64,000 nt of DNA from Nemertoderma westbladi (GCA_032718475.1 JAUCBJ010008499.1:69589-133588), one strand, 5' to 3'; positions 35,201 to 44,990 are shown, counted from the first letter of the stretch. Notes: generated from the sequence alone by a model not told the origin. Made by a program: numbers and translations.

Positions 35201-35936
35201 GATCCTTGTAGGCTCGGTACAGCGAAATGGCCGCTGCCGTCTCTATCAAACTGGGTGTCGAACAGGGTTTAATCTCCGTATACGGATCTAATGTCGTAAC
35301 GGTCGGCGTAATGGGTCTCGGAGGTCGCTTTCCGCTGAAGTCGATACTGATCATCGGGTTGCTCATCGGGTAACCTCCCTCGTTATATCTAAGGAATTGG
35401 TGAGCTGGACATCGCGTTAATATCGGTTCCGGATGTTGCTCGTCTAGTCGGTCGGGAATCGCTACGTCCTGTTTATTCATGCATTCACCACACTTGTAGA
35501 AGAGCTTGTATACGCTGAAGACTTTCGGCGTCTCCTGATCCTCGCCTCGAGTCCTCCGATACAGGTGCATTCCGTCGAACTGGTCTCGGACTGCAGGTAG
35601 AGGCTCCTCGTGTCGTAAATACATATTCATATGGTATAGTCGTGCGATTTCCTCGTCCGGATCTGCGCTAATGTCGCACACGTCCAAAGCAAAGTCGTAG
35701 GGATACCGCGTGCGATACTCTTTCCGCAAAACTTCCATCCGGTCCCCCAACGCTCTCATTCTTTCTCTCCGTAATTCTTTATCATAACTTGGTTTATACT
35801 TCCCGTTCAGCTCCATCACGGACCGCCCATGGTAGTAAACGTTAGAATCTTTACATCCCGGTCGCGCGAATGGTAGCTCCGCCTCCTCTCTGGCAGTAAA
35901 TCCTCTGCGCGGTTGCGCTCTAATATCCCTCTCCAT
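32229..35936 (-). CDS. Accessory ORF of the retrotransposon, 1235 aa: DEDDy/RNase D-WRN-like 3'-5' exonuclease plus three CCHC zinc knuckles
   Basis: ExoI VMFYDNEG, CIQI, ExoII LPKKVREAILNQDYVKVGSGVQSD, FVDT, GMGFIAHLLYNWDFK and ExoIII-like W..QYYLVLE; knuckles CKLCGSTRHNLKSC, CRWCNETDHSFHTC and CGYCGVKGHRSARC. Confidence 0.8.
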   Translation of the reverse strand: MERDIRAQPRRGFTAREEAELPFARPGCKDSNVYYHGRSVMELNGKYKPSYDKELRRERMRALGDRMEVLRKEYRTRYPYDFALDVCDISADPDEEIARLYHMNMYLRHEEPLPAVRDQFDGMHLYRRTRGEDQETPKVFSVYKLFYKCGECMNKQDVAIPDRLDEQHPEPILTRCPAHQFLRYNEGGYPMSNPMISIDFSGKRPPRPITPTVTTLDPYTEIKPCSTPSLIETAAAISLYRAYKDLEARREAARDSGTKPAGLELSSPWTAFTSPHRVRSLTPEHQDDIDALRQEERAAKAKELFENRIAEYNKTADRHQEETRRVTGFVPQVVSQPGPVYYSDGTEPAILVDHPESREAIRFLPMVRMADHWNVDCLREVLCAKFLRDVPMQITDYDTLDKIGAPGKESKLFGWLDKYIKVWVAVATFPDDEEVDQTWLRRKGSYTRYDDHKAIERMWTPSDEIQRQWRKTEESLQDWRVMFYDNEGGSHQECLTSKCIQIRAADGVTHVFMRVRADRERPEPIITTQYRKGKDPREQILEVCRRGGMHGAERIDARMLPKKVREAILNQDYVKVGSGVQSDLESDFNAMTDLEDRLPRPFVDTKLLLLWAQDIGIYREYPNSAKTGMGFIAHLLYNWDFKLKTQKKYEEAYGEYNTPPGAEFKSHFKRQALVYWNICAPPRASLQYYLVLESNTVTCLLADIVARVLKRHPLVFGGDQYVRSKGGIQSDVMKRFLTPFFNQSLENTSMVRRGLAIFEGVYRQNIGDLGDRPSMEYPTPEALEKWFGNQTRGFGTPFHSEADRPVKEGWPETLVEVFGVDLPVEKTYPKRTREEILEIEDKGEDVYFVPDRQPLTGEDDIVLDIGKEGSAKPIGDLIYERAWFPQARRCKLCGSTRHNLKSCDAVIEAAHKVCRWCNETDHSFHTCTVFISQCGYCGVKGHRSARCQLRDDSFQNHSANLLREMLDKWEGVADYHIQAQMRWLPFKAGYGFWAVDPSHVAYEPYLQSLPQYQELILTAQDLPQNTGVIVVREYFRQLNMDNKYTWNFVAICDRITKGVFTETRKVVRARGDWRMAAIQYRNEFLLTHVPVGSLTAERIQEQRIAATTATTAGARGSRKEPGGEVRDKRQVKDDHYHSIIEAQRLQRKAQGASEKARVQLQKEELAEATTGARQLGRGRGRSSSRESVGAQGTSSSVPGSDASRTPSTESTRGRLVYLGRGRKRGASPKNPGAGC

Positions 35937-36695
35937 TATATTACGCGTATATACATATATATATATCCCAATAAGTGCCGTTACGTAACCAACTACACTG
36001 TGGGTAAATCAGTTAGATGTCGCCGAAAGACAGACCTCCCGAACCCCCCCGCCTTCCAGCAGTTCAGGTTCGACTCTCTAGATCCCGTCTCTTCCTAACT
36101 AACTATCCTCTAACCTATTCCCATGCATAGCGCAAAAACTTTGGAGATAAACTGGCCGTGACCAACTCACTTTTTGATGCCCAAACTACTCCCATTACTC
36201 CTACTAAACTACAGTAGTTAGAAAGGACCATAGTCACAATACTCGACTATACCAAACCCACAGGTTTGATAATCGAACATCACACATCCTGCAAACTACT
36301 GAGTGGGGTCCATGTACGCCTCTGGTGCTACTAACCTTTAGCACCTTAGTTGCACTGTTGGCACCAATCTGTGGAAGTTGCTAAACTCAATTTACACTCC
36401 TACGTAATATAGCCGTCACCATGGTTTCTAAATGCTATTTTCCAGGCTTCACGACTTTTCAAATTACTGTTTATCTATAGACGAATTCTAAAACGCGTCT
36501 ATACACAGCGTCTGGAATTGTCTTGGGTTCACTTCTAATTTTTAAAATTTTCTAATTTTCCAAAATTTTTTGAAAATAAAATTTTGTTTTGATACCCACC
36601 AGACAAAACTCAACGCAAATCACCACAACCCCGCTCCTATGCATTTCCTTGTATTTGCATACGAGGAATGCATACGAAGTGAGTTGCGTCCAACA

Positions 36696-39600
36696 CTAAC
36701 TCTGTTTTGAGGCAGGAGACAAATTATAATCTCCCGTCTCGATACGTGTCTCCTCTAATAACACAATATCTTGGACCGGTCGGTCCAAGGTGTGTAAACC
36801 ATTAGTTTTACACTTTTTTGGGTGTGGACACTTGCACCTAATTTTCACAGTGACTGTGCGCACTATGTTTTGCACGTCTGGGTGTGTGTGCAAGATCACT
36901 CCCGTCTCCCAATACTTTCTCTTGACAATAGGTTCGGTTATCAACACGTAATCTCCTCTTTGGAGACTCCGAACCGTTTTGTACCACTTTGTTCTGGTGG
37001 ATATGGTGGGAAGATAGTATTCCCGCCAATATTCCCAGAATGTGTACGCCACAAACTGTGTTACTTTCCAGCTTTTACGACTATATAGGTCGGCACTAAT
37101 GGGTTCTGATGCCGGCACAAGAAATGCTGGACTCTGCATTAGCAAATGATTCGGCGTTAATGCAACACCGTCTGGCAACATAGCTATCGGCCTCGAGTTT
37201 AGGGTATGCTCGATTTCAATGAAAGCTGTGACCAGTTCGTCGTCGGTAAGTTGTTTGTTTACAGGCAACGTTTTGGCAATGGCCTGCTTCACAGAGCGAA
37301 CTAAACGCTCCCAACTTCCTCCTCTCCAAGGACTTTCTGGAGTATTGAATCTCCACTCAACTCTTTGCGGCAAAAGTGCTGCAGAAATTTCCTTATTCTG
37401 TGCTGCTTTATGAGCCGCGTTCAACTCGCTATTCCCTCCGACAAAGTTTGTACCCTTGTCGGAGTAGAACGCCTTTACTAGTCCTCTCCTGGCCATAAAT
37501 CTCTTTAAGGCCAGGAGCAGAGATTTGGTCGACATGTCTGCCACACGCTCAATGTGTATGGCTCTACTCGCCATACATGTCAGTAGCAGACCCCATCGTT
37601 TGTGGGTCAGCCGTCCACTCTTTGCTTCAATCGGACCAAAACAATCCACCCCTGTGTTCGTAAAGGGTGGGTCATATGCCTGCACTCTCGCTTCCGGGAG
37701 TTCAGCCATCTCCTGTTCCAATACTCTGGCGTTCACTCTCTTGCAAACCAGACAGGCGTCGTACATGGTGCCTACTGCCCTGCTTGGCTGCAATAGAATG
37801 AATCGCTGTCTCGCTGCCGACAGACAGTGTAACTTTCCCGCGTGATGCAACCTCTTATGTATATCCCATAAAATCGCTCTTTGCAATTCTATTGGGTGAC
37901 TAGGGATTATCACTGGGAACCGAAACTGTGAGTTTATGTCGACAGTCTGGATTCTCGATCTATGACAAATCAAACCCTTATGGATTAATGGACTCCATTT
38001 TCTAAGGGGTTTATAGAGAACTGGTCGTTGAGCCGATAATAGATGGAATTCTTTAGGGAAGGCACACATTTGATAATGCTTCAAATGCTTTAATTCCGCT
38101 TGATCAATCTCATCCTCTGTCAGAGGTTGTTTCAATTTCCGAATTCGCTCACTATTGGCGTTTGATGGTTCTCTCAAATGTTTCGAATGTTTTAAACAAA
38201 GGTACGAAACGTATCGGCTTAACCACGCAGTTCTTTTACAAATTGTCAGCCAAGAGGCGGACGAATTTAGTAATTTGTCATAAACACTGCATGACTCTAA
38301 TGCCAGCGACGGTTGTCCGCTAACTAATGGAAGTTTCGAATCCAAACCCGCAGGTTTGGAAACCAAAGACTCCATTTTGTCGGTCATTTTCTGTCCGTCA
38401 CTTACCAATTGTGACTCCGGTTTAGTCTGTAAGGGTGGTTTTATGTCGTAACTTACCCTTCCTGACCTAGTAGTCACGTAAGTCTGTTGGTCTGACAGGT
38501 CTCCGGGCCGCTCCAATGACTCTTCAGGCCGCTCCAATGACTCTTCAGGCCGCTCCAATGACTTAAGTTTGGCTTTAGACTTCGACTTAGAGACTTTCTC
38601 CACTTTGACTTCTGCATCTTCAGGCATCGGATTGGTCACTATCCTTAGTCGCTCTGGCCAATGTTCCTGTGCCCTCGTTAGAAAATCAGGTCCATGCAAC
38701 CAAAACTCCTGCGACTCTTCCTGACAGAATTCCGCCGGCATTGCACCTCTCGAAGTTATGTCGGCCGGGTTCAACACTCCTGGACAATGTCTCCACTGTT
38801 CCTTCGTCGAAAAGTCAACGATCTGAGCGCGTCTGTTGGCCACAAATGTCTTTAGTGCAATATTGTCGGCCGCAATGTATACTAACACTAAGGATGCGTC
38901 CGTCCAATAGAATAAGGTCAATGTCGTGTCTAATTCCTCTGTTATTTGCTTACTTACCTCGACTGAAACTACAGCCGCCTGTAACTCTGCACGAGGGACA
39001 GTCATGTATTTGACCGGCATTGTCTTTGATCTAGAAGTCACAAAGGCCGTCTCAAACTTGTCCTGACTTACCTCTCGGCGAAGGTAGGCTACCATACCAA
39101 AGCCGGTGTCACTTGCGTCACTAAACATATGCAGTTCGAGATCAGCTGGAAATACCAGCTGATTCGGAAAGTAGGAACGGGGTACGTCTATGTTTTTCAA
39201 TAGATGTAACTCGGCTTCCCACTCTCTCCACTGCTTTGCATGTATAGGAGATATTGGTTCGTCCCACTCTACGTCGGACAACCAAATTTTCCTCATGCAC
39301 GCTCGTGCCTGTAATATAACCGGACTGATAAAGTTCATCGGGTCAAATAGTCTACTCAATGTCGATAAGCAAATCCTCTTAGTCAAAACTTTGTCTGGGC
39401 TACTGGGCTCAAATCTAACTCTTACCTGGAACTTATCTGAGTTCGGGTTCCAAGCGAGTCCCAGTACTCGCGCCATGGGGATTGGTTCTACCCCCAATTC
39501 TATGTCTCCGCTCCCACGATCTTTTACCGGGAACGACTCTAATAGGGCCTCCGAATTCGTAGTGAACTTGGTCAGAGGAAATCCCCCTGTAGCCAAGCAC

Positions 39601-42600
39601 TCTTGCAGGCCGTGAGCCACTTCTATGGCTTGTTCCGCCGTGTCCTTGGACACCAATCCGTCGTCCATGTAGAAGTTTCTCAAGATGGACTCGATAACCT
39701 CTACTGGGTACTTACCAATCTGGGCTGTTGCCGTTTTCTTTAGAACAAACAGCGTGCCATTCGGACTATCGCGGGCGCCAAATATCCTAACGTACATTTG
39801 GTATGTAACCACTGGGCCGGATAAGTCTTCATTCTCGTACCAGAGAAAGCGAAGGCTATCCTGGTCTGCCTTACAGGCTCTTACCTGGTGGAACATCGCC
39901 TCGATGTCACAAGTAAATGCGAATCGTCGCTGTCTAAAACGCAACAGTATTCCTATCAAATAGTTATTCAGGTTGGGACCATCCATCAACTCTGAATTCA
40001 GGGACATACCTCTATAGACTGCTGCGCAGTCGTTGACTACTCGGACTTTGTCTGGCTTGTCAGGGTGAGTCACATAGTGGTGCGGAAGGTAATAAGTCTG
40101 GTCTGTCACTAAGTCAGGGTCCTCTACCTTCCCAGCAAATCCCTTGGCGAAATAGTTGTTGATCTGGGCGCAATACTTCTCCCTAATGTCCGGATTCCTT
40201 AACAACCGAGCCCTTACTCCGTTTAATCTTTTCAAGGCTAAGCTGTAGTTGTTCTCCAACTTAGGTGGTTGTCGACGCCACAACATTCCAACTTCAAAAT
40301 GTCCAGTCGGTAGCAGACGTATGGTGTCTTCCATCATCTCCAGCGACCGTTTTTCATCAGTAGACATGGCTAGGTCATATCCACCGGGTTCCATTGCGTC
40401 CCTATCCAGCCATTCGACGGTTCTGGCTCCTGTCTCGAGGTCCTGGCGTATCAATTCCTTCTGTAATTCCTCCTCACTGTATTGGAAAATGTCGAGGTCT
40501 CGATATTTAGCCACTTGACCCTCCACTATGTCTGTATAAGTCAAAACGTTAGTCAAATAGGTAGCGTGGGCCGCTGAACCAGACCCACGGGTCTGATAAC
40601 AGTAGTCCTCGGGTTCACTATCTGTCCGGTCGTTATGAAGTGGTTCCGACAACCTAACATTATCGGGAATCAACTCCTCGTCCGACTCGCTAAAGTCACT
40701 ATAGTGGTCAATACAGGTTCTCCTAAACTCGTCTATGTCTGGTGGTTCTACTAACGGTGGTTGAGTTATAGGCTGTAATTCGTCGTATCTGTCCATCGGC
40801 TTGTCGCCACCTGTAAACTCATAAGACATGGGTACTCGTGTATACCAACCTAATATAGTCCTATGGGCATGTGGTCCATTGACATGCGGCTCAGCTGGTC
40901 TCGTTTCCCATATCTGGTGTGCGATCAGCTGTTCTGCACCAATCAACATAGAAACATTCCTATAACCTACCTGGTGTCTGGGTATCCTGAGCTTGTCAAA
41001 ATACTCCTGTGCTATGGGACTCATCGGCGGCACCTTACCTAACTGCCTGCCGAATCCCTTCATAGCTAGACACTTAAATCCGTCCAATGGCAAAGCTTTC
41101 CGTTCTTGTCGAGTATGCTGGTCTCTCGGAAGTAGGGAGTCTAGTTCTACCGAAATTCTGTGTCCCTTGAGGTCTCCTACCTCGTGCATAGACTTCAACT
41201 CTATTTGGATCTCCTCGGCGTCCTGGAAGCTAGAAACAGCTCTCGCCACTTCCTCGTCGATATAAGATAATGTGGACGCAGTGTCCAACATCACATATAT
41301 TCGCTTCGATCCCTTATCGCCAGTGAGTTTCACCGGAATCACGCTAAATATTTCCGACGTGGCCGATGATAAATACGTCCGCGCGCTGGTCGATGAACTA
41401 TCCGCGGTGAAACCTTGGCAGGTCACTTCTCTCGCGCTCGACTCGCCATCTTCGTCCGACGAACCTGGTTGGTAACCATCGTCCTGGATGCCGGTGTACG
41501 TATTTCTCCTTATCGATACGGGTTCTTTGCTCCCCTTCCTGTGAGGATTTCGCTGTAAGTAACGGTCCGTCGGGGTGTGGAAATCCGCATGTAGCAACTT
41601 GTGATGTAGTCTGCCGCATTCCATGCATCCGTCCTTGCTGTTCGGGCACTGCCGCCGTACATGTCCTGGCGCAAGACATGCCCAACAGGTGTCCAACGTC
41701 CGCACTTGAACTCTTCTCTGTTCCGAATTTAATTCTTTGAACCGTCTGCAACTATCTAACTTATGGTCGTCAGATCTTACCTCCTTTAGTAAACAGTATT
41801 GGCAACCTACAAATCCATCCGGCAACTCCTGTTGCTTTAACCTAGGTCTATCTAACCGCTCACCTGACCATACTCGCGAGTCTGATCTAAAGGCTGGGGT
41901 ATTCGAATTATATCTGTCTACTGAGTTAAATGTCACAGTGGTCCTGTCATCGTCAAAACTTACCATAGACTTACCGGTAACAGGTTTAGACTCCCTCATA
42001 TTCTCCTCTGAGAAGTTTGATTTCATCTCTGCTACTGCGTCTGTGGCTATCATGTCATGAATATGCTGAAGTGTCAATACTTTACCTTGGCCCTCCAACT
42101 TATTCTCTAATTTGCGCCATTTCTGTCGATAACGCATATTTAGACGTCTTATTACGCTTTTCAAAACTTCGGCGTGATCACCATGATGAGGTAGATTCAC
42201 CGTCCTCAAGATGTCCAATGCGTTCGAAATAGCGTTCGCTAAGTTCAACAGCTCTAACGGAGTTGTAATCCTTCCGCCCTTACCCAAGTCTTCTACTATC
42301 GACTGCGCCATCTTGGTTTTATTCCCGTAGATGTCGCTAAGCGTCTTCATCGCTAACTCAAATGCTCTCTCGTTGCCGACGAAGTTATCAGCAATGGCTC
42401 TAGGTTCTCGATGGAGCATCTGAAGCAAATAGTTGAACTTCTCGTTGGGAGTAAAGGTGCTGTTGGTTAGCTGCTCGTCGACATAGGTTTTAAAGGTCCT
42501 CCAGTGCTTATGGTTGCCCATAAACTTCTGGGGTTGTTGCGTCGGCAGTCCTTGCCTAGCAGCAAACTTACCTATGTCCCTAAGGGTTGCGTCGTTCCGG

Positions 42601-44990
42601 GTTAACAAATGGTTTAGTTCCGCAGGGTTGTTAAGTCTGGTCCTTTCCCGGTGGTTCCAACTTACCTGCTCCGCGTCGGTCCTTCTTTCCTTATAGTTTC
42701 GGGACTTCTGACGTCTCATTTCTTCCTCTTCATCGCTCGACTCGGTGTCAGTCCTTAACGCTCGCGATGGTTTGCGCGCCGAGGCCCTGATCCAAGCCTC
42801 CTCTATAAATTTCTCGGCTGAGTTTTCGAAGTTGGGATTAGAGATGTTCGGGACAGGCGTCCTTACCTGAGGTCTATGTGGTATAGTTTCCTCCGATATG
42901 CGTACTCGTTGACTAGGCTGGACTTTGTCTAACTCAGGTCTGCTAGGATTAGAATTACTTCTTACCTGGGCTGCTTCCTTTAACCGTAGGTTGCTAAGCA
43001 TGTCCGTTATAGGTTGGATGTGTGGCGATATAGCTTGCGCTAAACTAGCACTCAACTCATCCCTCGTAATAAATTCCTGGCTAGGGTTCTGTTGTATAGT
43101 CGGCTCTATCTGAGTAATCCGCTGTCTCTCATATGATCCCTCTTCCGGTTTAACCCGGAAGTTCTCCGTCGAACTGGGTCGGCGCTCCGTCCGCGTATTC
43201 CAAACCCGCGGGTTCGGTTCGCCAAGTACTCGTCCCGTCGGAGTTTCTCTAAACTCTTCATTCTCTCGTTCGGTGTATAGTGGTGCGGTGTTCCGATGAC
43301 GTAGATCCTGCGCGATAGGTGAAGCACTAATACCAACTGGCGTGCGATATGTAGAAAACGGTTTAGCAATCCGTGTACTCGTAATAGCTGGACCGGGTAT
43401 AGGAATTCTGGTCGTCGTCGACTCGCGTATGGTCGGAGTTCTCGCTTCCTGTTCGGCCTTCTGCAGTGCGAACAGTTCTCGCAACTCAGTCCCTACACTC
43501 GCCCCACATTCTTCGATCATTCGCATCCCCTTCTCGGCGATTTCATTCGCCTTCCTAGTCCGTTCTTCGCTCTCTAAACTTAATCTCGCACTTTCCAACT
43601 GCGCCAGTTTACGTTCTTCTTCTTCCCTCACTCGTCTCGCTGCGCCCTCTTCTTCTACACGCGCCCTTTCTTCATACAACGCTTGTCGCTCCTTTTCGAT
43701 CTCGAGTTCGCGTTCCTTACGTTCGCGTTCAAGTTCGAGTTCGCGTTCCTTCTGCTCGCGTTCAAGTTCGAGTTCGCGTTCCTTGCGTTCGCGTTCAAGT
43801 TGAAGTTCACGTTCCTTCTGCTCGCGTTCCGCTCGCTCACGCTTACCTTTATCTTCCAGTTCGCGCAACTTCGCGTCTAACTTACGTGTTCGTTCCCGTT
43901 CCCGCTCGGCTTCCTTCCGTGCTTCCGATGCACGCAAAACTTCCGCCTGCTGTTCGTCCAGTCGGTATCTTCTCTCCTCCGCCGAGTTGTGCGAAACAAG
44001 GGATCTAGCACATATTACCTTACCTCGCGCGTGACTAACCTGGGAATCGCCGCTGTCTCTAGATGCGTCATCAGGTGGAGTCAACGTCCTCTGTTGGATG
44101 TTCTCCGTGGTTGGTAGCACCTGACCCGGTACCACCACTCCATTCTGCATCAACCAGCTAGTAACTTCCCTTTGATAACGGCGCTCCTCTTTATCTTGGA
44201 TCTCTTCTCGCTCCACTAAGTCTCTTAACTTTGCGTCACTCACCTGAGTCGCCTGCATTTGTGATGCCCATAGCAGCCAGTTCTCCGTCCTAACTCGTCG
44301 GAATCGCTCCGATAACTCGCGGTGCTCCAACAAGGCTGCTAAAACCCTGTCGTAAATCCTCGTTGCTACGTCGCTCGACTGAGACTCTACTGCCTTCTTC
44401 GCTAGGACTGCAAGCTCCTCCGTCTGCTTGAATAACGCTGAGTTATATCCTCTTCTAATCTCTGCTAACTCTACCCTCCCGATGTTCGCTGAGTCAGCTA
44501 ACATTTTCCTTACCTTGTCCGCCGTCCGGGTTATATGTCCGGCATGCGCGCGAAGTTTCTTCTTCATCGCAGTGTCGAACTCTCTATCACTTACCTGACT
44601 TACGCTCGGTGGACTTGAAGGATTATTTCGGGAACTACGGGTACTCCTTACAGCCGCTGGGACCACGGCACTTACCATACCCACAGGTCTGGAAACCGGG
44701 CTCCGGGCTCTCGCTTCTGCTACACTACCCTCCTTATCACTCACCTCTGGTCGGGTTGCTGTACAATCCTTCCTTACAGTAGCGGTAGGGGATCCTAATA
44801 CTATTACTTGAGGTTGTTGTTCTTCCTCACTAGTCACTGTCTCGTCCTCCTGTTCACTTACGTCAGCGTCGCTCGCTGCGTCGTCATAGTCGGCATTGTC
44901 GTCAACAGTAATATTGACGCTATCGTCAGTCGGCGGTCCAGCCGCCGTCTCGTAGCTGTCCTCTAGTGCCTCTTTGTCTGAGACACTCAT
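36696..44990 (-). CDS. Bel/Pao Gag-Pol polyprotein, 2764 aa, uninterrupted
   Basis: Gag coiled coil and knuckles (CWACLAPGHVRRQC, CMECGRLHHKLLH); protease LDTAS; RT YYLPHH..RVVNDC, DIEAMFHQV, FYMDD; Pao RNase H HMFSDAS..PRAEL..WTDA..NPAD; integrase HHCC, GVDCFGP, SDKGTNF, WERLVRSVK. Confidence 0.97.
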   Translation of the reverse strand: MSVSDKEALEDSYETAAGPPTDDSVNITVDDNADYDDAASDADVSEQEDETVTSEEEQQPQVIVLGSPTATVRKDCTATRPEVSDKEGSVAEARARSPVSRPVGMVSAVVPAAVRSTRSSRNNPSSPPSVSQVSDREFDTAMKKKLRAHAGHITRTADKVRKMLADSANIGRVELAEIRRGYNSALFKQTEELAVLAKKAVESQSSDVATRIYDRVLAALLEHRELSERFRRVRTENWLLWASQMQATQVSDAKLRDLVEREEIQDKEERRYQREVTSWLMQNGVVVPGQVLPTTENIQQRTLTPPDDASRDSGDSQVSHARGKVICARSLVSHNSAEERRYRLDEQQAEVLRASEARKEAERERERTRKLDAKLRELEDKGKRERAEREQKERELQLERERKERELELEREQKERELELERERKERELEIEKERQALYEERARVEEEGAARRVREEEERKLAQLESARLSLESEERTRKANEIAEKGMRMIEECGASVGTELRELFALQKAEQEARTPTIRESTTTRIPIPGPAITSTRIAKPFSTYRTPVGISASPIAQDLRHRNTAPLYTERENEEFRETPTGRVLGEPNPRVWNTRTERRPSSTENFRVKPEEGSYERQRITQIEPTIQQNPSQEFITRDELSASLAQAISPHIQPITDMLSNLRLKEAAQVRSNSNPSRPELDKVQPSQRVRISEETIPHRPQVRTPVPNISNPNFENSAEKFIEEAWIRASARKPSRALRTDTESSDEEEEMRRQKSRNYKERRTDAEQVSWNHRERTRLNNPAELNHLLTRNDATLRDIGKFAARQGLPTQQPQKFMGNHKHWRTFKTYVDEQLTNSTFTPNEKFNYLLQMLHREPRAIADNFVGNERAFELAMKTLSDIYGNKTKMAQSIVEDLGKGGRITTPLELLNLANAISNALDILRTVNLPHHGDHAEVLKSVIRRLNMRYRQKWRKLENKLEGQGKVLTLQHIHDMIATDAVAEMKSNFSEENMRESKPVTGKSMVSFDDDRTTVTFNSVDRYNSNTPAFRSDSRVWSGERLDRPRLKQQELPDGFVGCQYCLLKEVRSDDHKLDSCRRFKELNSEQRRVQVRTLDTCWACLAPGHVRRQCPNSKDGCMECGRLHHKLLHADFHTPTDRYLQRNPHRKGSKEPVSIRRNTYTGIQDDGYQPGSSDEDGESSAREVTCQGFTADSSSTSARTYLSSATSEIFSVIPVKLTGDKGSKRIYVMLDTASTLSYIDEEVARAVSSFQDAEEIQIELKSMHEVGDLKGHRISVELDSLLPRDQHTRQERKALPLDGFKCLAMKGFGRQLGKVPPMSPIAQEYFDKLRIPRHQVGYRNVSMLIGAEQLIAHQIWETRPAEPHVNGPHAHRTILGWYTRVPMSYEFTGGDKPMDRYDELQPITQPPLVEPPDIDEFRRTCIDHYSDFSESDEELIPDNVRLSEPLHNDRTDSEPEDYCYQTRGSGSAAHATYLTNVLTYTDIVEGQVAKYRDLDIFQYSEEELQKELIRQDLETGARTVEWLDRDAMEPGGYDLAMSTDEKRSLEMMEDTIRLLPTGHFEVGMLWRRQPPKLENNYSLALKRLNGVRARLLRNPDIREKYCAQINNYFAKGFAGKVEDPDLVTDQTYYLPHHYVTHPDKPDKVRVVNDCAAVYRGMSLNSELMDGPNLNNYLIGILLRFRQRRFAFTCDIEAMFHQVRACKADQDSLRFLWYENEDLSGPVVTYQMYVRIFGARDSPNGTLFVLKKTATAQIGKYPVEVIESILRNFYMDDGLVSKDTAEQAIEVAHGLQECLATGGFPLTKFTTNSEALLESFPVKDRGSGDIELGVEPIPMARVLGLAWNPNSDKFQVRVRFEPSSPDKVLTKRICLSTLSRLFDPMNFISPVILQARACMRKIWLSDVEWDEPISPIHAKQWREWEAELHLLKNIDVPRSYFPNQLVFPADLELHMFSDASDTGFGMVAYLRREVSQDKFETAFVTSRSKTMPVKYMTVPRAELQAAVVSVEVSKQITEELDTTLTLFYWTDASLVLVYIAADNIALKTFVANRRAQIVDFSTKEQWRHCPGVLNPADITSRGAMPAEFCQEESQEFWLHGPDFLTRAQEHWPERLRIVTNPMPEDAEVKVEKVSKSKSKAKLKSLERPEESLERPEESLERPGDLSDQQTYVTTRSGRVSYDIKPPLQTKPESQLVSDGQKMTDKMESLVSKPAGLDSKLPLVSGQPSLALESCSVYDKLLNSSASWLTICKRTAWLSRYVSYLCLKHSKHLREPSNANSERIRKLKQPLTEDEIDQAELKHLKHYQMCAFPKEFHLLSAQRPVLYKPLRKWSPLIHKGLICHRSRIQTVDINSQFRFPVIIPSHPIELQRAILWDIHKRLHHAGKLHCLSAARQRFILLQPSRAVGTMYDACLVCKRVNARVLEQEMAELPEARVQAYDPPFTNTGVDCFGPIEAKSGRLTHKRWGLLLTCMASRAIHIERVADMSTKSLLLALKRFMARRGLVKAFYSDKGTNFVGGNSELNAAHKAAQNKEISAALLPQRVEWRFNTPESPWRGGSWERLVRSVKQAIAKTLPVNKQLTDDELVTAFIEIEHTLNSRPIAMLPDGVALTPNHLLMQSPAFLVPASEPISADLYSRKSWKVTQFVAYTFWEYWREYYLPTISTRTKWYKTVRSLQRGDYVLITEPIVKRKYWETGVILHTHPDVQNIVRTVTVKIRCKCPHPKKCKTNGLHTLDRPVQDIVLLEETRIETGDYNLSPASKQS

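Noticed and set aside
32229-35936. Envelope gene
   Set aside because: No signal peptide or hydrophobic transmembrane anchor is evident; it has nuclease and zinc-knuckle motifs instead.
36822-43880. Short ORFs overlapping gag-pol
   Set aside because: They are antisense or alternative-frame shadows of the long ORF, without motifs.
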